This document shows positions 55,379 to 64,000 of a DNA stretch of 64,000 nt, in pieces (positions within the stretch are counted from its first letter, which is position 1; the number at the start of each line of letters is the position of its first letter). The notes below the pieces were generated by a model, which saw only the letters and a program-made list of their open reading frames with translations, searched no databases and was not told the origin of the DNA. The translations under genes were made by a program, and so were the position numbers. Source of the DNA: Gammaproteobacteria bacterium (lineage in GTDB: Bacteria; Pseudomonadota; Gammaproteobacteria; JACCXJ01); the NCBI GenBank assembly GCA_050740695.1, contig JBOIDR010000006.1, forward strand, positions 4,677 to 68,676, in the 5' to 3' direction.

Positions 55379-55437
55379 GGTGTTCCTCCTAACTGGGATG
55401 AGTGGATTTACCTGTGGTTTGGCATGACTTTCGTGTG

Positions 55438-55454
55438 ATGCTGCAATGCAGCAT
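55438..55454. promoter_or_regulatory. Candidate PhaR operator (perfect 8+1+8 palindrome)
   Basis: ATGCTGCA-A-TGCAGCAT contains CTGC-AAT-GCAG, which matches the CTGC-N3-GCAG motif I recall for Rhodobacter sphaeroides PhaR. It lies 60 nt upstream of the phaP ATG. Confidence 0.5.
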
Positions 55455-55494
55455 AGTCCACCCATCGGCCGCTGTCAAGGACCCTTGAGGCAAC

Positions 55495-55854
55495 TCACTT
55501 CGTCTTTGCGGCCTTGGGAGGCGCGTTCGCCGCCGCCACTCCCTTTTCCAACCAGGCGCTCAGCTCGCTGCGACAGTCGGCCAGCAAATCGTTGGTCGAT
55601 CGCACGATGTCGACGAACTTGCTGCTGTACTGACTCACCAGCTCGGCCTGCTTGGCGAGCAGGTCCTTCGGGTCTTTGGCGCCGCCCATCATCTGCAGCT
55701 CCAAGGATGTCGCCTCCAGGCAGGCGCTCAGGATCTGCTGCTGCTGTTCCGTCATGCGCGCCAGGATGCGCTCGTTGATCTGGCCGAGCTCCTTCATGGA
55801 TTCCAGCGCCTTACGGCTGACCGTCGCCCACTGGTCGAGTAATTCGGTTTGCAT
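55495..55854 (-). CDS. Phasin-family protein (second copy)
   Basis: The ATG is at 55854. The sequence is helical (MQTELLDQWATVSRKALESMKELGQINERIL..) with an Ala/Lys-rich tail. Confidence 0.75.
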   Translation of the reverse strand: MQTELLDQWATVSRKALESMKELGQINERILARMTEQQQQILSACLEATSLELQMMGGAKDPKDLLAKQAELVSQYSSKFVDIVRSTNDLLADCRSELSAWLEKGVAAANAPPKAAKTK

Positions 55855-56069
55855 GCATGGTCCCCCCCTTTCGGGAATCGTCGATGTATCTCTGATGCCC
55901 ACTGCCCGTCTGGTGGCCGGCAGGCCCCACCGGACGCCGCGTGCGTCCTCCGCCCATTCTAGAGCAAAGGCGCTTCGATGCTATACTCGCGTCGTCCCAG
56001 GGGCTGTCACGTAGACCGGCCCGGCCGCGCAAGGTTGGAACTTCACATGTGTTCGAAGAGGTGTAGTGC

Positions 56070-57920
56070 ATGACGATGACTCACGACGGGGCGGAGCGGA
56101 CCAGGAACCAGCGGTTGCTGAAATGGGTGGACGAGATCGCCGCCTTGTGCAAACCGGATCGGATCCATTGGTGTGATGGTTCGCAAGAGGAATACGATCG
56201 CCTGTGCGAGGAGTTGGTGCAGAAGGGCACGTTCACCCGCCTGAACCCGACGAAGAGGCCCCGGAGCTACTTGGCCCGGTCCCACCCGACGGACGTCGCT
56301 AGGGTCGAGGATCGGACCTTCATCTGCAGCGCGCGCAAGGAGGACGCCGGGCCCACCAACAACTGGATGGACCCCGAAGAGATGCGCGGCATCCTCAGGG
56401 GTCTCTTCGACGGCTGCATGCGCGGTCGTACCCTGTACGTCGTACCCTTCAGCATGGGGCCGATCGGTTCGCACATCTCTCACATCGGCGTCGAGATCAG
56501 CGATTCGGCGTATGTCGCCATCAATCAGCGCATCATGACACGCATGGGGCAGGCGGCCCTCGATGCCCTCGGGCCGGACGGTGATATCGTTCCCTGTGTG
56601 CACTCGGTCGGCGCGCCCCTGCAGCCCCACCAGGAGGACGTGATCTGGCCGTGCAACGACACCAAGTACATCACGCACTTCCCCGAGACCCGTGAGATCT
56701 GGTCGTTCGGTAGCGGTTACGGCGGGAACGCGCTCTTGGGCAAGAAGTGTTTTGCGTTGCGCATCGCCTCGGTCATGGCCCGCGACCAGGGGTGGCTCGC
56801 CGAGCACATGCTGGTCCTGGGTGTCGAGTCACCGAGCGGGGAGAAGACGTATGTCTCGGCGGCGTTTCCGAGCGCCTGCGGAAAGACCAACTTCGCGATG
56901 TTGATCCCGCCCAAGGCCTTCGACGGCTGGACGGTTACGACCATCGGGGACGACATCGCCTGGATCAAGCCGGGCGCCGACGGACGGTTCCATGCGATCA
57001 ATCCCGAGTCCGGCTACTTCGGGGTGGCGCCGGGCACCAACATGGATTCGAACCCGAACGCCATGTTGACGCTCAAGGAGAACTGCATTTACAGCAACGT
57101 CGCCTTGACGGACGACGGGGACGTGTGGTGGGAAGGCATGACCAAAGAGCCCCCCGCGCACCTGATCGACTGGAAGGGCAACGACTGGACCCCGCAGAGC
57201 GGGACGCCCGCGGCCCATCCGAACGCGCGTTTCACGGCGCCCGCGGGGCAATGCCCCTCGATCGATCCGGCCTGGGAGGACCCGAACGGTGTGCCGATCA
57301 GCGCCTTCGTGTTCGGCGGCCGGATCAGCAAGAACTTCCCATTGGTACTTCAGGCCCATGACTGGGAGCACGGCGTCTACCTCGCGGCCACCATGGGCTC
57401 GGAGGCTACCGCCGCCGCCGTGGGCCAGGCGGCGATGCGCCGGGATCCGATGGCGATGCTGCCCTTCTGCGGCTACAACATGGCCGATTACTGGAAGCAC
57501 TGGCTGCGGATCGGTCGCGAGCGCGTGGCCACGCCGCCCTTGATCTTCCGGGTCAACTGGTTCCGCAAGGACGAGCGCGGCAAGTTCATCTGGCCGGGCT
57601 ATGGCGAGAACATGCGGGCCTTGAAATGGATCGTGGACCGCTGCCGCGGTCGGGCGCGGGGGGTGGAGAGCCCGCTCGGCTGGGTGCCGCCCTATGAGGC
57701 GCTGAACTGGGACGGCCTGTCCTTCCCTCGCGAGCGATACCTCGAGATCATGAACATCGATCGCGATCGGGCCCGCCAGGAGGCGAACGATCAGGAGGAG
57801 TTATTCACCCGCTTCGGCGATCACCTGCCGCGGGAGATGGAGATCGAGCGCGAGCTCCTGCTCTCCAGGCTGCATCACTCGCCGCCGGTTTGGGACCTCG
57901 GGGTGGCGAGCGCCGCTTGA
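56070..57920 (+). CDS. pckG: Phosphoenolpyruvate carboxykinase (GTP)
   Basis: [21 protein letters not shown] and NWFRKD motifs. Confidence 0.93.
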   Translation: MTMTHDGAERTRNQRLLKWVDEIAALCKPDRIHWCDGSQEEYDRLCEELVQKGTFTRLNPTKRPRSYLARSHPTDVARVEDRTFICSARKEDAGPTNNWMDPEEMRGILRGLFDGCMRGRTLYVVPFSMGPIGSHISHIGVEISDSAYVAINQRIMTRMGQAALDALGPDGDIVPCVHSVGAPLQPHQEDVIWPCNDTKYITHFPETREIWSFGSGYGGNALLGKKCFALRIASVMARDQGWLAEHMLVLGVESPSGEKTYVSAAFPSACGKTNFAMLIPPKAFDGWTVTTIGDDIAWIKPGADGRFHAINPESGYFGVAPGTNMDSNPNAMLTLKENCIYSNVALTDDGDVWWEGMTKEPPAHLIDWKGNDWTPQSGTPAAHPNARFTAPAGQCPSIDPAWEDPNGVPISAFVFGGRISKNFPLVLQAHDWEHGVYLAATMGSEATAAAVGQAAMRRDPMAMLPFCGYNMADYWKHWLRIGRERVATPPLIFRVNWFRKDERGKFIWPGYGENMRALKWIVDRCRGRARGVESPLGWVPPYEALNWDGLSFPRERYLEIMNIDRDRARQEANDQEELFTRFGDHLPREMEIERELLLSRLHHSPPVWDLGVASAA

Positions 57921-57928
57921 GACGGGTC

Positions 57929-58951
57929 CTATGACGCGAAAAGGCGGTCGCAAGACCGCCTTTTTTCGTGGACCCTCTGTGCTTGACCGAGGTCGATGGC
58001 CTCTACGAACGACGCCTGCCGCCGGCTGGCGACATCCTGGCCGGTATAGGTACAGTCCTGATCGGCCGCCAGGAAGGCGGCGGCCTTGGCGATCTCTTCG
58101 GGCTGCTCCAGACAGTCCAGGTCGAGCAGGCGCAGGATCGTGCGACTGGCGTCTTCCGGGGCGGTTTTTAAATACCCCGCAGACACGGTGTTCACGGTGA
58201 TCCCCTGGTCCTGAACCTCACGTGCGAGCGCGCGCGTGAACCCCAGTATGCCGGCTTTGGCGGCCGCGAACTGGGAGGTGGGGGTCCCGGCGCTGCCGCT
58301 CGAGACGATGGTGATGATGCGCCCGTAACGGCGCTTCGACATCCCCGGGATCAGGTTGCGGGCGAGGTTGAAGAGCCCGTCGAGGTCAGTATCGAGCACC
58401 GCTCTCCAGTTTGCGCTCTCGGCGCACCGTGCTTCCGGAGCAGTGCAATGGACCAGGATGTCCACCGCCCCGTAACGCCGCTCCGCCCAGCGCGCAAGCT
58501 CGGCGCAGTCCTCGAAGCAGCCGATGTCGCACTCGACGACGGCGATGTCATAACCCGGGCGGCCATGGCCCAACTTACTCACGTAATCGCGCCACTGCCT
58601 GGCATGAGTGGCTTCGGAAGGCGGATAGGTCGCGGCCACCCGAAACCCGGACTCCGCGAGCCGCTCGCAGACGGTAGTGGCCAGAATACCCCGGGCGCCG
58701 GTCACGAGCGCGAGCCGTCGGGGCGTGGAGCGGAATAAGGAGGGGGCATTGGGCGAGAGGAACGCCGCGAGCGAACGGTAGTGCTCGGCCGCGCTACTGA
58801 AGCAGAGGTCGATGCTCGCGCGTTGGTTGTCCACGAGCCGGCCCCAAAAGCGTTCGCCGAGCTGGGTCACGGCGATTGCCGATCCCAGGCCCATGCCCGC
58901 GGCGCGGACCCAGTAGTCCATCCCCTGCCTGCCCATCTGATCGAGCCACAT
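57929..58951 (-). CDS. PhaB-related SDR-fold protein with degenerate motifs and an ~85-aa N-terminal extension (pseudoenzyme or decaying paralog)
   Basis: The sequence aligns by eye to the neighbouring PhaB. TGGTSGIG is replaced by TG-ARGIL, NNAG by HCTA, and YTSTK by FAAAK. Its C-terminus extends about 30 aa beyond the PhaB end. Confidence 0.6.
   Translation of the reverse strand: MWLDQMGRQGMDYWVRAAGMGLGSAIAVTQLGERFWGRLVDNQRASIDLCFSSAAEHYRSLAAFLSPNAPSLFRSTPRRLALVTGARGILATTVCERLAESGFRVAATYPPSEATHARQWRDYVSKLGHGRPGYDIAVVECDIGCFEDCAELARWAERRYGAVDILVHCTAPEARCAESANWRAVLDTDLDGLFNLARNLIPGMSKRRYGRIITIVSSGSAGTPTSQFAAAKAGILGFTRALAREVQDQGITVNTVSAGYLKTAPEDASRTILRLLDLDCLEQPEEIAKAAAFLAADQDCTYTGQDVASRRQASFVEAIDLGQAQRVHEKRRSCDRLFAS
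57943..57966. terminator. Bidirectional rho-independent terminator
   Basis: GGCGGTC-GCAA-GACCGCC is flanked by an A-run (5') and TTTTTT (3'), 22 nt after the pckG stop. It lies inside the last codons of the convergent SDR-like ORF. Confidence 0.7.
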
Positions 58952-59042
58952 AGGATGCCCTCATTAGCGATGCCGAAAGGCAACAAACGATGTGCCAGCC
59001 CTCGAGGCACTGGCCACCCCGGGCCTTCGGCGAGTCAGCCAC

Positions 59043-59531
59043 TTATGTCTTGTCCGAGTCCTCTGCCTCTCCGTCTTGTGCGCCCGCGAGACCCGCGGCC
59101 TTGAAGAAGCTATCTTGCATCTTCTTGATCGTCTCGAGGTTGTGTTGGGTGATCTCGGTGATGGCCGTCAAGGGGTTGCGCTTGACGGCCTCGTTGATCT
59201 GGGCGTGAAAGCGCCTCTGTTGCTCGCTGAAGAGCGAAAGGCTTTGCTCCAAAAAGCTCGCCGCGACGCCCTGGACGGTGTCGCCATAGAAACGGATGAT
59301 CCGGGTCAGCGCATCGGTGCTGAAGATCGGCTCGCCGCAGCCCTCCTGCTCGCTGATGATCTGCAAGAGGATGCTGCGCGTGATGTCCTCGCCCGTCTTC
59401 TGATCCTTGACGCAGAACGAGACGTTCTCCAGGACCAGCCCGCGCACGTCGGCCAAGGTGATGTACTTGCTCTCGACCGTGTCATAAAGACGCCGGTTGG
59501 GGTACTTCTTGATGATGCGCTTGTCTTCCAT
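59043..59531 (-). CDS. phaR: PHA synthesis repressor PhaR
   Basis: MEDKRIIKKYPNRRLYDTVESKYITLADV.. is the hallmark PhaR N-terminus. The 454-aa track ORF is a run-on into out-of-frame phaB sequence. Confidence 0.9.
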   Translation of the reverse strand: MEDKRIIKKYPNRRLYDTVESKYITLADVRGLVLENVSFCVKDQKTGEDITRSILLQIISEQEGCGEPIFSTDALTRIIRFYGDTVQGVAASFLEQSLSLFSEQQRRFHAQINEAVKRNPLTAITEITQHNLETIKKMQDSFFKAAGLAGAQDGEAEDSDKT

Positions 59532-59557
59532 CGCTCGTGCCGAGGTTGGTCCCGACA

Positions 59558-60307
59558 TCACATCATGTGCTGGCCCCCGTTCATCGCGAAGTCCGCCCCG
59601 GTGATGAAGCACGCCTTGTCGGAGGCCAGGAAATCGACCAGATAGGCGACCTCCTGGGCCTCGCCCAGACGCCCGACCGGGATCTGCGCGATGATCTGGT
59701 TGCGGGTGTCCTCCGGTACCGCCATCACCATCTCCGTCGCGATATAGCCGGGCGACACGGTATTGACGGTGATGCCCTTGCGCGCCACTTCTTGCGCCAG
59801 CGACATGGTGAAGCCGTGCATACCGGCCTTGGTGCTCGTGTAGTTGACCTGCCCGATCTGACCCTTCTGCCCGTTGATCGAGGAGATGTTGACGATGCGC
59901 CCGAAGCCGCGCTCGATCATGCCGCCGATCACCTGCCGGGTCACGTTGAAGAGGCTGTCGAGGTTGATGCCGAGCACGGTGTCCCACTGCTCGCGGGCCA
60001 TCTTGCGAAACGTCACGTCCATGGTGATCCCGGCGTTGTTGACCAGGATGTCGATGGGACCGAGGTCCTTCTCGATCGCCGCGACCATCCGGCCGCAGCC
60101 CTCGAAGTCCCGGACGTCCACGCCGTAGCCCTTGAAGTGATAGCCCTCTGCGCGCGTCTCGGAGAGCCACTGCCGGGCCTTGTCCTCGTTGCGGTAGTTG
60201 GTCGCGACCCTGGCCCCCGAGTCGGCGAGTTGCCGGCAGATCGCGGCCCCGATCCCGCTCGTGCCGCCCGTGACGAGCGCCACGCGCCCCGTGAGCTCCG
60301 TTTTCAT
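59558..60307 (-). CDS. phaB: Acetoacetyl-CoA reductase
   Basis: [26 protein letters not shown] and PGYIATEM motifs. The ATG overlaps the phaA stop codon (ATGA). Confidence 0.92.
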   Translation of the reverse strand: MKTELTGRVALVTGGTSGIGAAICRQLADSGARVATNYRNEDKARQWLSETRAEGYHFKGYGVDVRDFEGCGRMVAAIEKDLGPIDILVNNAGITMDVTFRKMAREQWDTVLGINLDSLFNVTRQVIGGMIERGFGRIVNISSINGQKGQIGQVNYTSTKAGMHGFTMSLAQEVARKGITVNTVSPGYIATEMVMAVPEDTRNQIIAQIPVGRLGEAQEVAYLVDFLASDKACFITGADFAMNGGQHMM

Positions 60308-61515
60308 TTCGTCGATCTCGCTCCCCACCGTTCGACCGACCGTTCCACCGCCAGCGCAATGCCCTGGCCGCCGCCGATGCAGAGCGTCGCGAGACCGCGA
60401 TGGGCATCGCGGCGCTTCAACTCGTAGAGGAGGGAGACCAAGACGCGCGCCCCGGAGGCGCCGATCGGGTGGCCGAGCGCGATGGCCCCGCCGTTGACGT
60501 TGACCCGGTCGAGGTCCCAGCCGAGATCGCGGTTCACCGAGATGGCCTGGGCCGCGAAGGCCTCGTTGGCCTCGATCAGGTCGAGGTCCTGGACCTTCCA
60601 GCCCGCCTTCTCCAGGCAACGGCGCGTGGCCGGGATGGGGCCTGTGCCCATGATGGCCGGGTCCACCCCGGCGCTAGCATAGGCGGCGATGCGGCAGAGC
60701 GGCGTGAGGCCGAGGGCCTTGGCGCGCGCGGCGCTCGTGACGATTACGGCGGCCGCCCCGTCGTTGATCCCGGAGGCGTTGCCGGCCGTCACGCTGCCTT
60801 CCTTGTCGAAGGCCGGCCTGAGCTTGGCGAGGGACTCCGCCGTCGTCCCATGGCGCGGAAATTCATCGGTGTCGAAGACGATCGGGTCGCCCTTCTTCTG
60901 CGGGATCTCGATGGGAATGATCTCGTCTTTGAAGCGCCCGGCCTTCTGGGCGGCCTCGGCGCGCTCTTGGGACAGCGCCGCGAAGGCGTCCTGTTCCTCG
61001 CGGCTGATCCGATATTTCTTGACGATGTTCTCGGCAGTGATCCCCATGTGGATGTTGTTGAAGATGTCCCACAGGCCCTCGTTGATCATGGTGTCCACGA
61101 GTTTCCACTCGCCCATCTTCTGCCCGTTGCGCGAGCCCGGCAGCACGTGTGGCGCGAGGCTCATGTTCTCCTGTCCCCCGGCGACGACGATCTCGGCGTC
61201 ACCGGCACGGATGGCCTGGGCAGCGAGGGCGACTGCCTTGAGGCCGCTGCCGCAGACCTTGTTGATCGTCATGCAGGGCACCGCGTGCGGCAAGCCGGCC
61301 CCAATCGCCGCCTGCCGGGCTGGGTTCATGCCGACTCCGGCGCAGAGGACCTGGCCCAGGATCACATCGTCGACGGCTTCGGCCGGGGTCCCGGTCCGCG
61401 ACAAGAGGTTGGCGATGACTCTGGCGCCCAAGGTCGCGGCTGGGATCGTCGACAGGCTGCCTCCGAATGAGCCGATGGCCGTGCGGCCCGCGGCGACGAT
61501 AACGACATCCGACAT
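60304..61515 (-). CDS. phaA: Acetyl-CoA acetyltransferase (beta-ketothiolase)
   Basis: AGGAGA precedes the ATG at 61515. [12 protein letters not shown].., the active-site [10 protein letters not shown] and the C-terminal CIGGGQG are present. Confidence 0.93.
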   Translation of the reverse strand: MSDVVIVAAGRTAIGSFGGSLSTIPAATLGARVIANLLSRTGTPAEAVDDVILGQVLCAGVGMNPARQAAIGAGLPHAVPCMTINKVCGSGLKAVALAAQAIRAGDAEIVVAGGQENMSLAPHVLPGSRNGQKMGEWKLVDTMINEGLWDIFNNIHMGITAENIVKKYRISREEQDAFAALSQERAEAAQKAGRFKDEIIPIEIPQKKGDPIVFDTDEFPRHGTTAESLAKLRPAFDKEGSVTAGNASGINDGAAAVIVTSAARAKALGLTPLCRIAAYASAGVDPAIMGTGPIPATRRCLEKAGWKVQDLDLIEANEAFAAQAISVNRDLGWDLDRVNVNGGAIALGHPIGASGARVLVSLLYELKRRDAHRGLATLCIGGGQGIALAVERSVERWGARSTK

Positions 61516-61545
61516 GGTTCGATCTCCTGTGTAGTCGCGCGTACG

Positions 61546-61556
61546 CTGCAATGCAA
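61546..61556. promoter_or_regulatory. Candidate PhaR operator upstream of phaA
   Basis: CTGC-AAT-GCAA differs by one mismatch from the 55441-55451 core and shares the 10-mer GCTGCAATGCA context. It lies 31-41 nt upstream of the phaA ATG. Confidence 0.35.
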
Positions 61557-61622
61557 TAACAGCGTAACAGAGTGCGGGCCGGGGATCCAGCGCCGGGACG
61601 GCGCGAAGATCCTCGCCCGACC

Positions 61623-63041
61623 TCAGAAATTGATGGGACGCCCATCGACCGCCAGCGCCGCCTCGTGGATCGCCTCGGCGAGCGTCGGATGGGCATGGAC
61701 GGTGCGCGCGAGGTCCTCCGCACTGGCCTCGAAGGCCATGGCGAGGACGGCCTCGGCGATGAGCTCGGAGGCTTGGGGTGCGAAAATGTGTACGCCCAGG
61801 ATGCGATCGGTCTTCGCATCGGCGAGGACCTTGACGAGGCCGGCGGCCTCACCCATGGCCCGCGCCCGCCCGCTCGCCTGGAGCGGGAAGCGGCCCCCGC
61901 GATAGACACGCCCTTCGGCCTTGAGCGCCTGTTCGCTCGGACCGACCCAGGCGATCTCGGGCCAGGTGTAGATGACCCAGGGGATGAGCCCATGGTCCAC
62001 CGCCGGCGACTGACCGGCGATGCGCTCGGCCACCGCGACCCCCTCTTCGGAGGCCTTGTGCGCCAGCATGGGTCCGGCCACGACATCGCCGATGGCATAG
62101 ATCCCCCCCGAAGTGGTCCGGCATTGCCCATCGACCTCGATGAACCCGCGGGCATCGAGCTTCACGCCCGCCGCCTCGGCCCCTAGACCCTCGGTATTCG
62201 GGCGCCGTCCCACGGCCACCACCAGCCGGTCCACCACGAGCCTCTCGATCTTTTCGCCTGCGCGGTAGGCGATGCGCATCTCCTGTCCCTGGCATTCGAC
62301 GCCCTGTACCTCGCAACCGAGCCGGATCTGTAAGCCTTGGCGCTTGAGCTCCTTGGCGGCCGCTCGGGTGATGTCAATATCCGCGCTCGGCAGCCAGGTC
62401 TCCAGGGCCTCGAGCAGCACGACCTCCGAGCCCAGGCGCCGCCACACGCTCCCGATCTCGACTCCGATGACGCCGGCCCCGATGATCCCGAGGCGGGTGG
62501 GGACCTCGGTGAAGGCCAGCGCTCCGGTCGAGTCACAGATGCGGTCGTTATCGATGGGCACACCCGGCAGCGGGGCCGGGACGGAGCCGGTCGCGATGAT
62601 GATGTGGCTTGCAGAGACGGTGAGCGGCGCGCCACCCTGCGCCGGGCCGATCTCGACGTCCCCACCGCCCAGAAGCCGCCCATGTCCCTGAAGCCAGGTG
62701 ATCCCGTGCTTCTTGAAGAGCCCGGCTATCCCCTGCGTCAGCGCTCGGACCACCTGATCCTTGCGCGCCAGCATCGTGGCGAGGTCCAGGCCGAGCCCCT
62801 CGACGGTGATCCCGTGGGCCTTCGCCTCGTGGGCGATGTGGTGGAAATGGTGAGAGGAATCGAGCAGGGCCTTGGAGGGGATGCAGCCGACGTTCAAGCA
62901 GGTCCCGCCGAGCACCGGCTTGCCCGCGGGATCCCGAAAGTCCTCGGCGCAGGCAGTCTTCATCCCGAGCTGGGCGGCGCGGATGGCCGCCGTATACCCC
63001 CCCGGCCCGGCCCCGATCACGAGGCAGTCGTAGTGCTCCAC
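61623..63041 (-). CDS. lpdA: Dihydrolipoyl dehydrogenase (E3)
   Basis: [10 protein letters not shown], the redox-active [13 protein letters not shown] and the C-terminal HAHPTL.E motif. Confidence 0.93.
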   Translation of the reverse strand: MEHYDCLVIGAGPGGYTAAIRAAQLGMKTACAEDFRDPAGKPVLGGTCLNVGCIPSKALLDSSHHFHHIAHEAKAHGITVEGLGLDLATMLARKDQVVRALTQGIAGLFKKHGITWLQGHGRLLGGGDVEIGPAQGGAPLTVSASHIIIATGSVPAPLPGVPIDNDRICDSTGALAFTEVPTRLGIIGAGVIGVEIGSVWRRLGSEVVLLEALETWLPSADIDITRAAAKELKRQGLQIRLGCEVQGVECQGQEMRIAYRAGEKIERLVVDRLVVAVGRRPNTEGLGAEAAGVKLDARGFIEVDGQCRTTSGGIYAIGDVVAGPMLAHKASEEGVAVAERIAGQSPAVDHGLIPWVIYTWPEIAWVGPSEQALKAEGRVYRGGRFPLQASGRARAMGEAAGLVKVLADAKTDRILGVHIFAPQASELIAEAVLAMAFEASAEDLARTVHAHPTLAEAIHEAALAVDGRPINF

Positions 63042-63075
63042 AGTGTATTTAGGGAACCTCTGAATAAGTTTGGAA

Positions 63076-63153
63076 CTTCGTCACCCCAGCGGAAGCTGGG
63101 GTCCAGAAGACGTTGACAACCCTTGGATTCCAGCTTGCGCTGGAATGACGACC
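63076..63153. repeat. Inverted pair of REP-like hairpin units (second family)
   Basis: Unit A (63076-63109) is ..TCGTCACCCCAGCGGAAGCTGGGGTCCAG... Unit B (63121-63153) is the reverse complement of ..TCGTCATTCCAGCGCAAGCTGGAATCCAAG... The units are 11 bp apart and lie just downstream of the dihydrolipoyl dehydrogenase gene. Confidence 0.6.
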
Positions 63154-63184
63154 TTGAGGGAATCATGTTATAACAGGTAGAGCA

Positions 63185-63359
63185 GCTAAGGCGTCGATAT
63201 AGTTCGCGGTTCTTTCGCAGCACGTGGGACGCTGCCGCCTCACAATCGGCAGCGTCGCCACCGATTAGATGGGCGACTGCTGCTTGACCTAGTTCCTCCG
63301 CAGGAACTCGCAGCCGCAATGGCTTCGAGTTGCTCAGATTGCGCCGCGTCCAATTTCAA
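63185..63359 (-). pseudogene. Possible frameshifted ribbon-helix-helix (CopG/antitoxin-like) remnant
   Basis: One frame reads LLLKLDAAQSEQLEAIAAAS. A frame offset by one nt continues VPAEELGQAAVAHLIGG..AAASHVLRKNRELYRRLS. Together these give a beta-strand/helix/helix pattern typical of RHH proteins. There is no intact ORF and no partner toxin. Confidence 0.3.
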
Positions 63360-63459
63360 TAGCAGTGATCATGGAACGACTATCTCACCGATCCGGAACA
63401 TCACCAAGGCCGCTTTTCTGGCGCCCAACGCCTGCGGTAACCGGCGCCGGCTAGAAGCG

Positions 63460-63813
63460 CTACCGCGCAGCGCCGCCGCGTTTCGCCCGGCGTCCGGTTG
63501 ATCGCATTGTTGGGCGTGATGAACGACTCTCGAACCACCGTTTAAGCGATTCTTGGCTTTCGCCGGAACTCCGTCCAGCCAGAAGACCTTCGATGCTGAC
63601 GTCTTCGTCGATATCCTCCCAGTGAATGCCACGCCCCTTCCCAGTCAACCGCCAGTTCTTTCGTTCCTCCGGCAAGGCGTGCAATAGACGTGGGAACCAC
63701 GTCAATGGCGCTGACATTGACCGGCCATCGCTGAGATGTACATTCAATGCGTCGCGGGTTACTTTGACGTCTTGCGCCAAGGGCGCGGGAACTTCACTTG
63801 CTGAAGTACTCAT
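63460..63813 (-). CDS. DUF2442-domain protein
   Basis: ..VKVTRDALNVHLSDGRSMSAPLTWFPRLLHALPEERKNWRLTGKGRGIHWEDIDEDVSIEGLL... The ATG at 63813 overlaps the end of the upstream gene by 20 nt. Confidence 0.7.
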   Translation of the reverse strand: MSTSASEVPAPLAQDVKVTRDALNVHLSDGRSMSAPLTWFPRLLHALPEERKNWRLTGKGRGIHWEDIDEDVSIEGLLAGRSSGESQESLKRWFESRSSRPTMRSTGRRAKRGGAAR

Positions 63814-64000
63814 GCCAAGCCTCAATGAGCAGGTTCCGATGGTCGTTTACGATGCTTTGAATTCGCCGTAACTCCACCGAACTGAATCCATCGCTGTTGT
63901 GCAGGCGGATAGGTTCAAGCCAGAACTTCGCAACATTATCATCTCTCTCCACATGTACCTGAACCGGTTCGCTGTGGTCGCTGGAGTAAAAGAACATCCG
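63794..64000 (-). CDS. DUF4160-domain protein (5' end probably beyond the window edge)
   Basis: FFYSSDHSEPVQVHVERDDNVAKFWLEP..ELRRIQSIVNDHRNLLIEAWHEYF is the typical DUF4160 core. Family members usually carry about 10 more N-terminal residues. Confidence 0.7.
   Translation of the reverse strand, partial: RMFFYSSDHSEPVQVHVERDDNVAKFWLEPIRLHNSDGFSSVELRRIQSIVNDHRNLLIEAWHEYFSK

Noticed and set aside
59043-60407. 454-aa minus-strand ORF spanning phaR and most of phaB
   Set aside because: Only the last 162 codons (from MEDKRIIKKYPNRRLYDT at 59531) are PhaR. The upstream part is an out-of-frame read across phaB, whose true frame (59558-60307) carries all the SDR motifs.
63017-63319. 100-aa minus-strand ORF overlapping the start of the dihydrolipoyl dehydrogenase gene
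   Set aside because: It is a read-through from the putative RHH remnant across both REP-like units into the 5' end of the dihydrolipoyl dehydrogenase coding region. It has no start context and is not a plausible protein.

Overview
By eye this is a high-GC (roughly mid-60s percent), gene-dense proteobacterial chromosomal segment. It is almost entirely core metabolism and housekeeping. I saw no rRNA, tRNA, CRISPR array, transposase or integrase. Gene order along the window: (1) a phosphorus-scavenging corner with a phnE-like permease, a secreted phytase-like protein and an NPP-family phosphodiesterase whose 3' end looks decayed. (2) A minus-strand GlgE-pathway alpha-glucan/trehalose operon: a small EF-hand gene, then glgB, glgE, treS-pep2 and treZ. 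(3) A BON lipoprotein and a VOC enzyme. (4) A three-gene phosphorelay: CHASE3 kinase, single-domain receiver, hybrid kinase. (5) Small exported proteins, an orphan sigma-54 activator facing a DUF2383 gene that carries a good -24/-12 promoter, and an FAD oxidoreductase. (6) The conserved block nadB / rpoE-rseA-rseB-degP / lepA-lepB / DUF4845-rnc-era-recO-pdxJ. (7) fimS/algR divergent from a minor-pilin operon: fimT-pilV-pilW-pilX-orf-pilY1-pilE. (8) A bisphosphate nucleotidase and acs. (9) A class III PHA locus: phaE-phaC, two phasins, pckG, a degenerate PhaB-like SDR and phaA-phaB-phaR, followed by lpd. (10) A more AT-rich tail with REP-like repeats, a possible frameshifted RHH remnant and an overlapping DUF4160/DUF2442 pair cut by the window edge. 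I found no convincing novel multi-gene system. The observations most worth follow-up are the eroded PhaB paralog with a new N-terminal extension, a nested inverted-repeat element filling the glgE-treS spacer, an uncharacterised secreted ORF between pilX and pilY1, candidate PhaR/AlgR/sigma-54/sigma-E sites, and several small decay events (frameshift, internal deletion, 17-bp tandem duplications). All family calls rest on motif recognition in the supplied translations; no searches were run.
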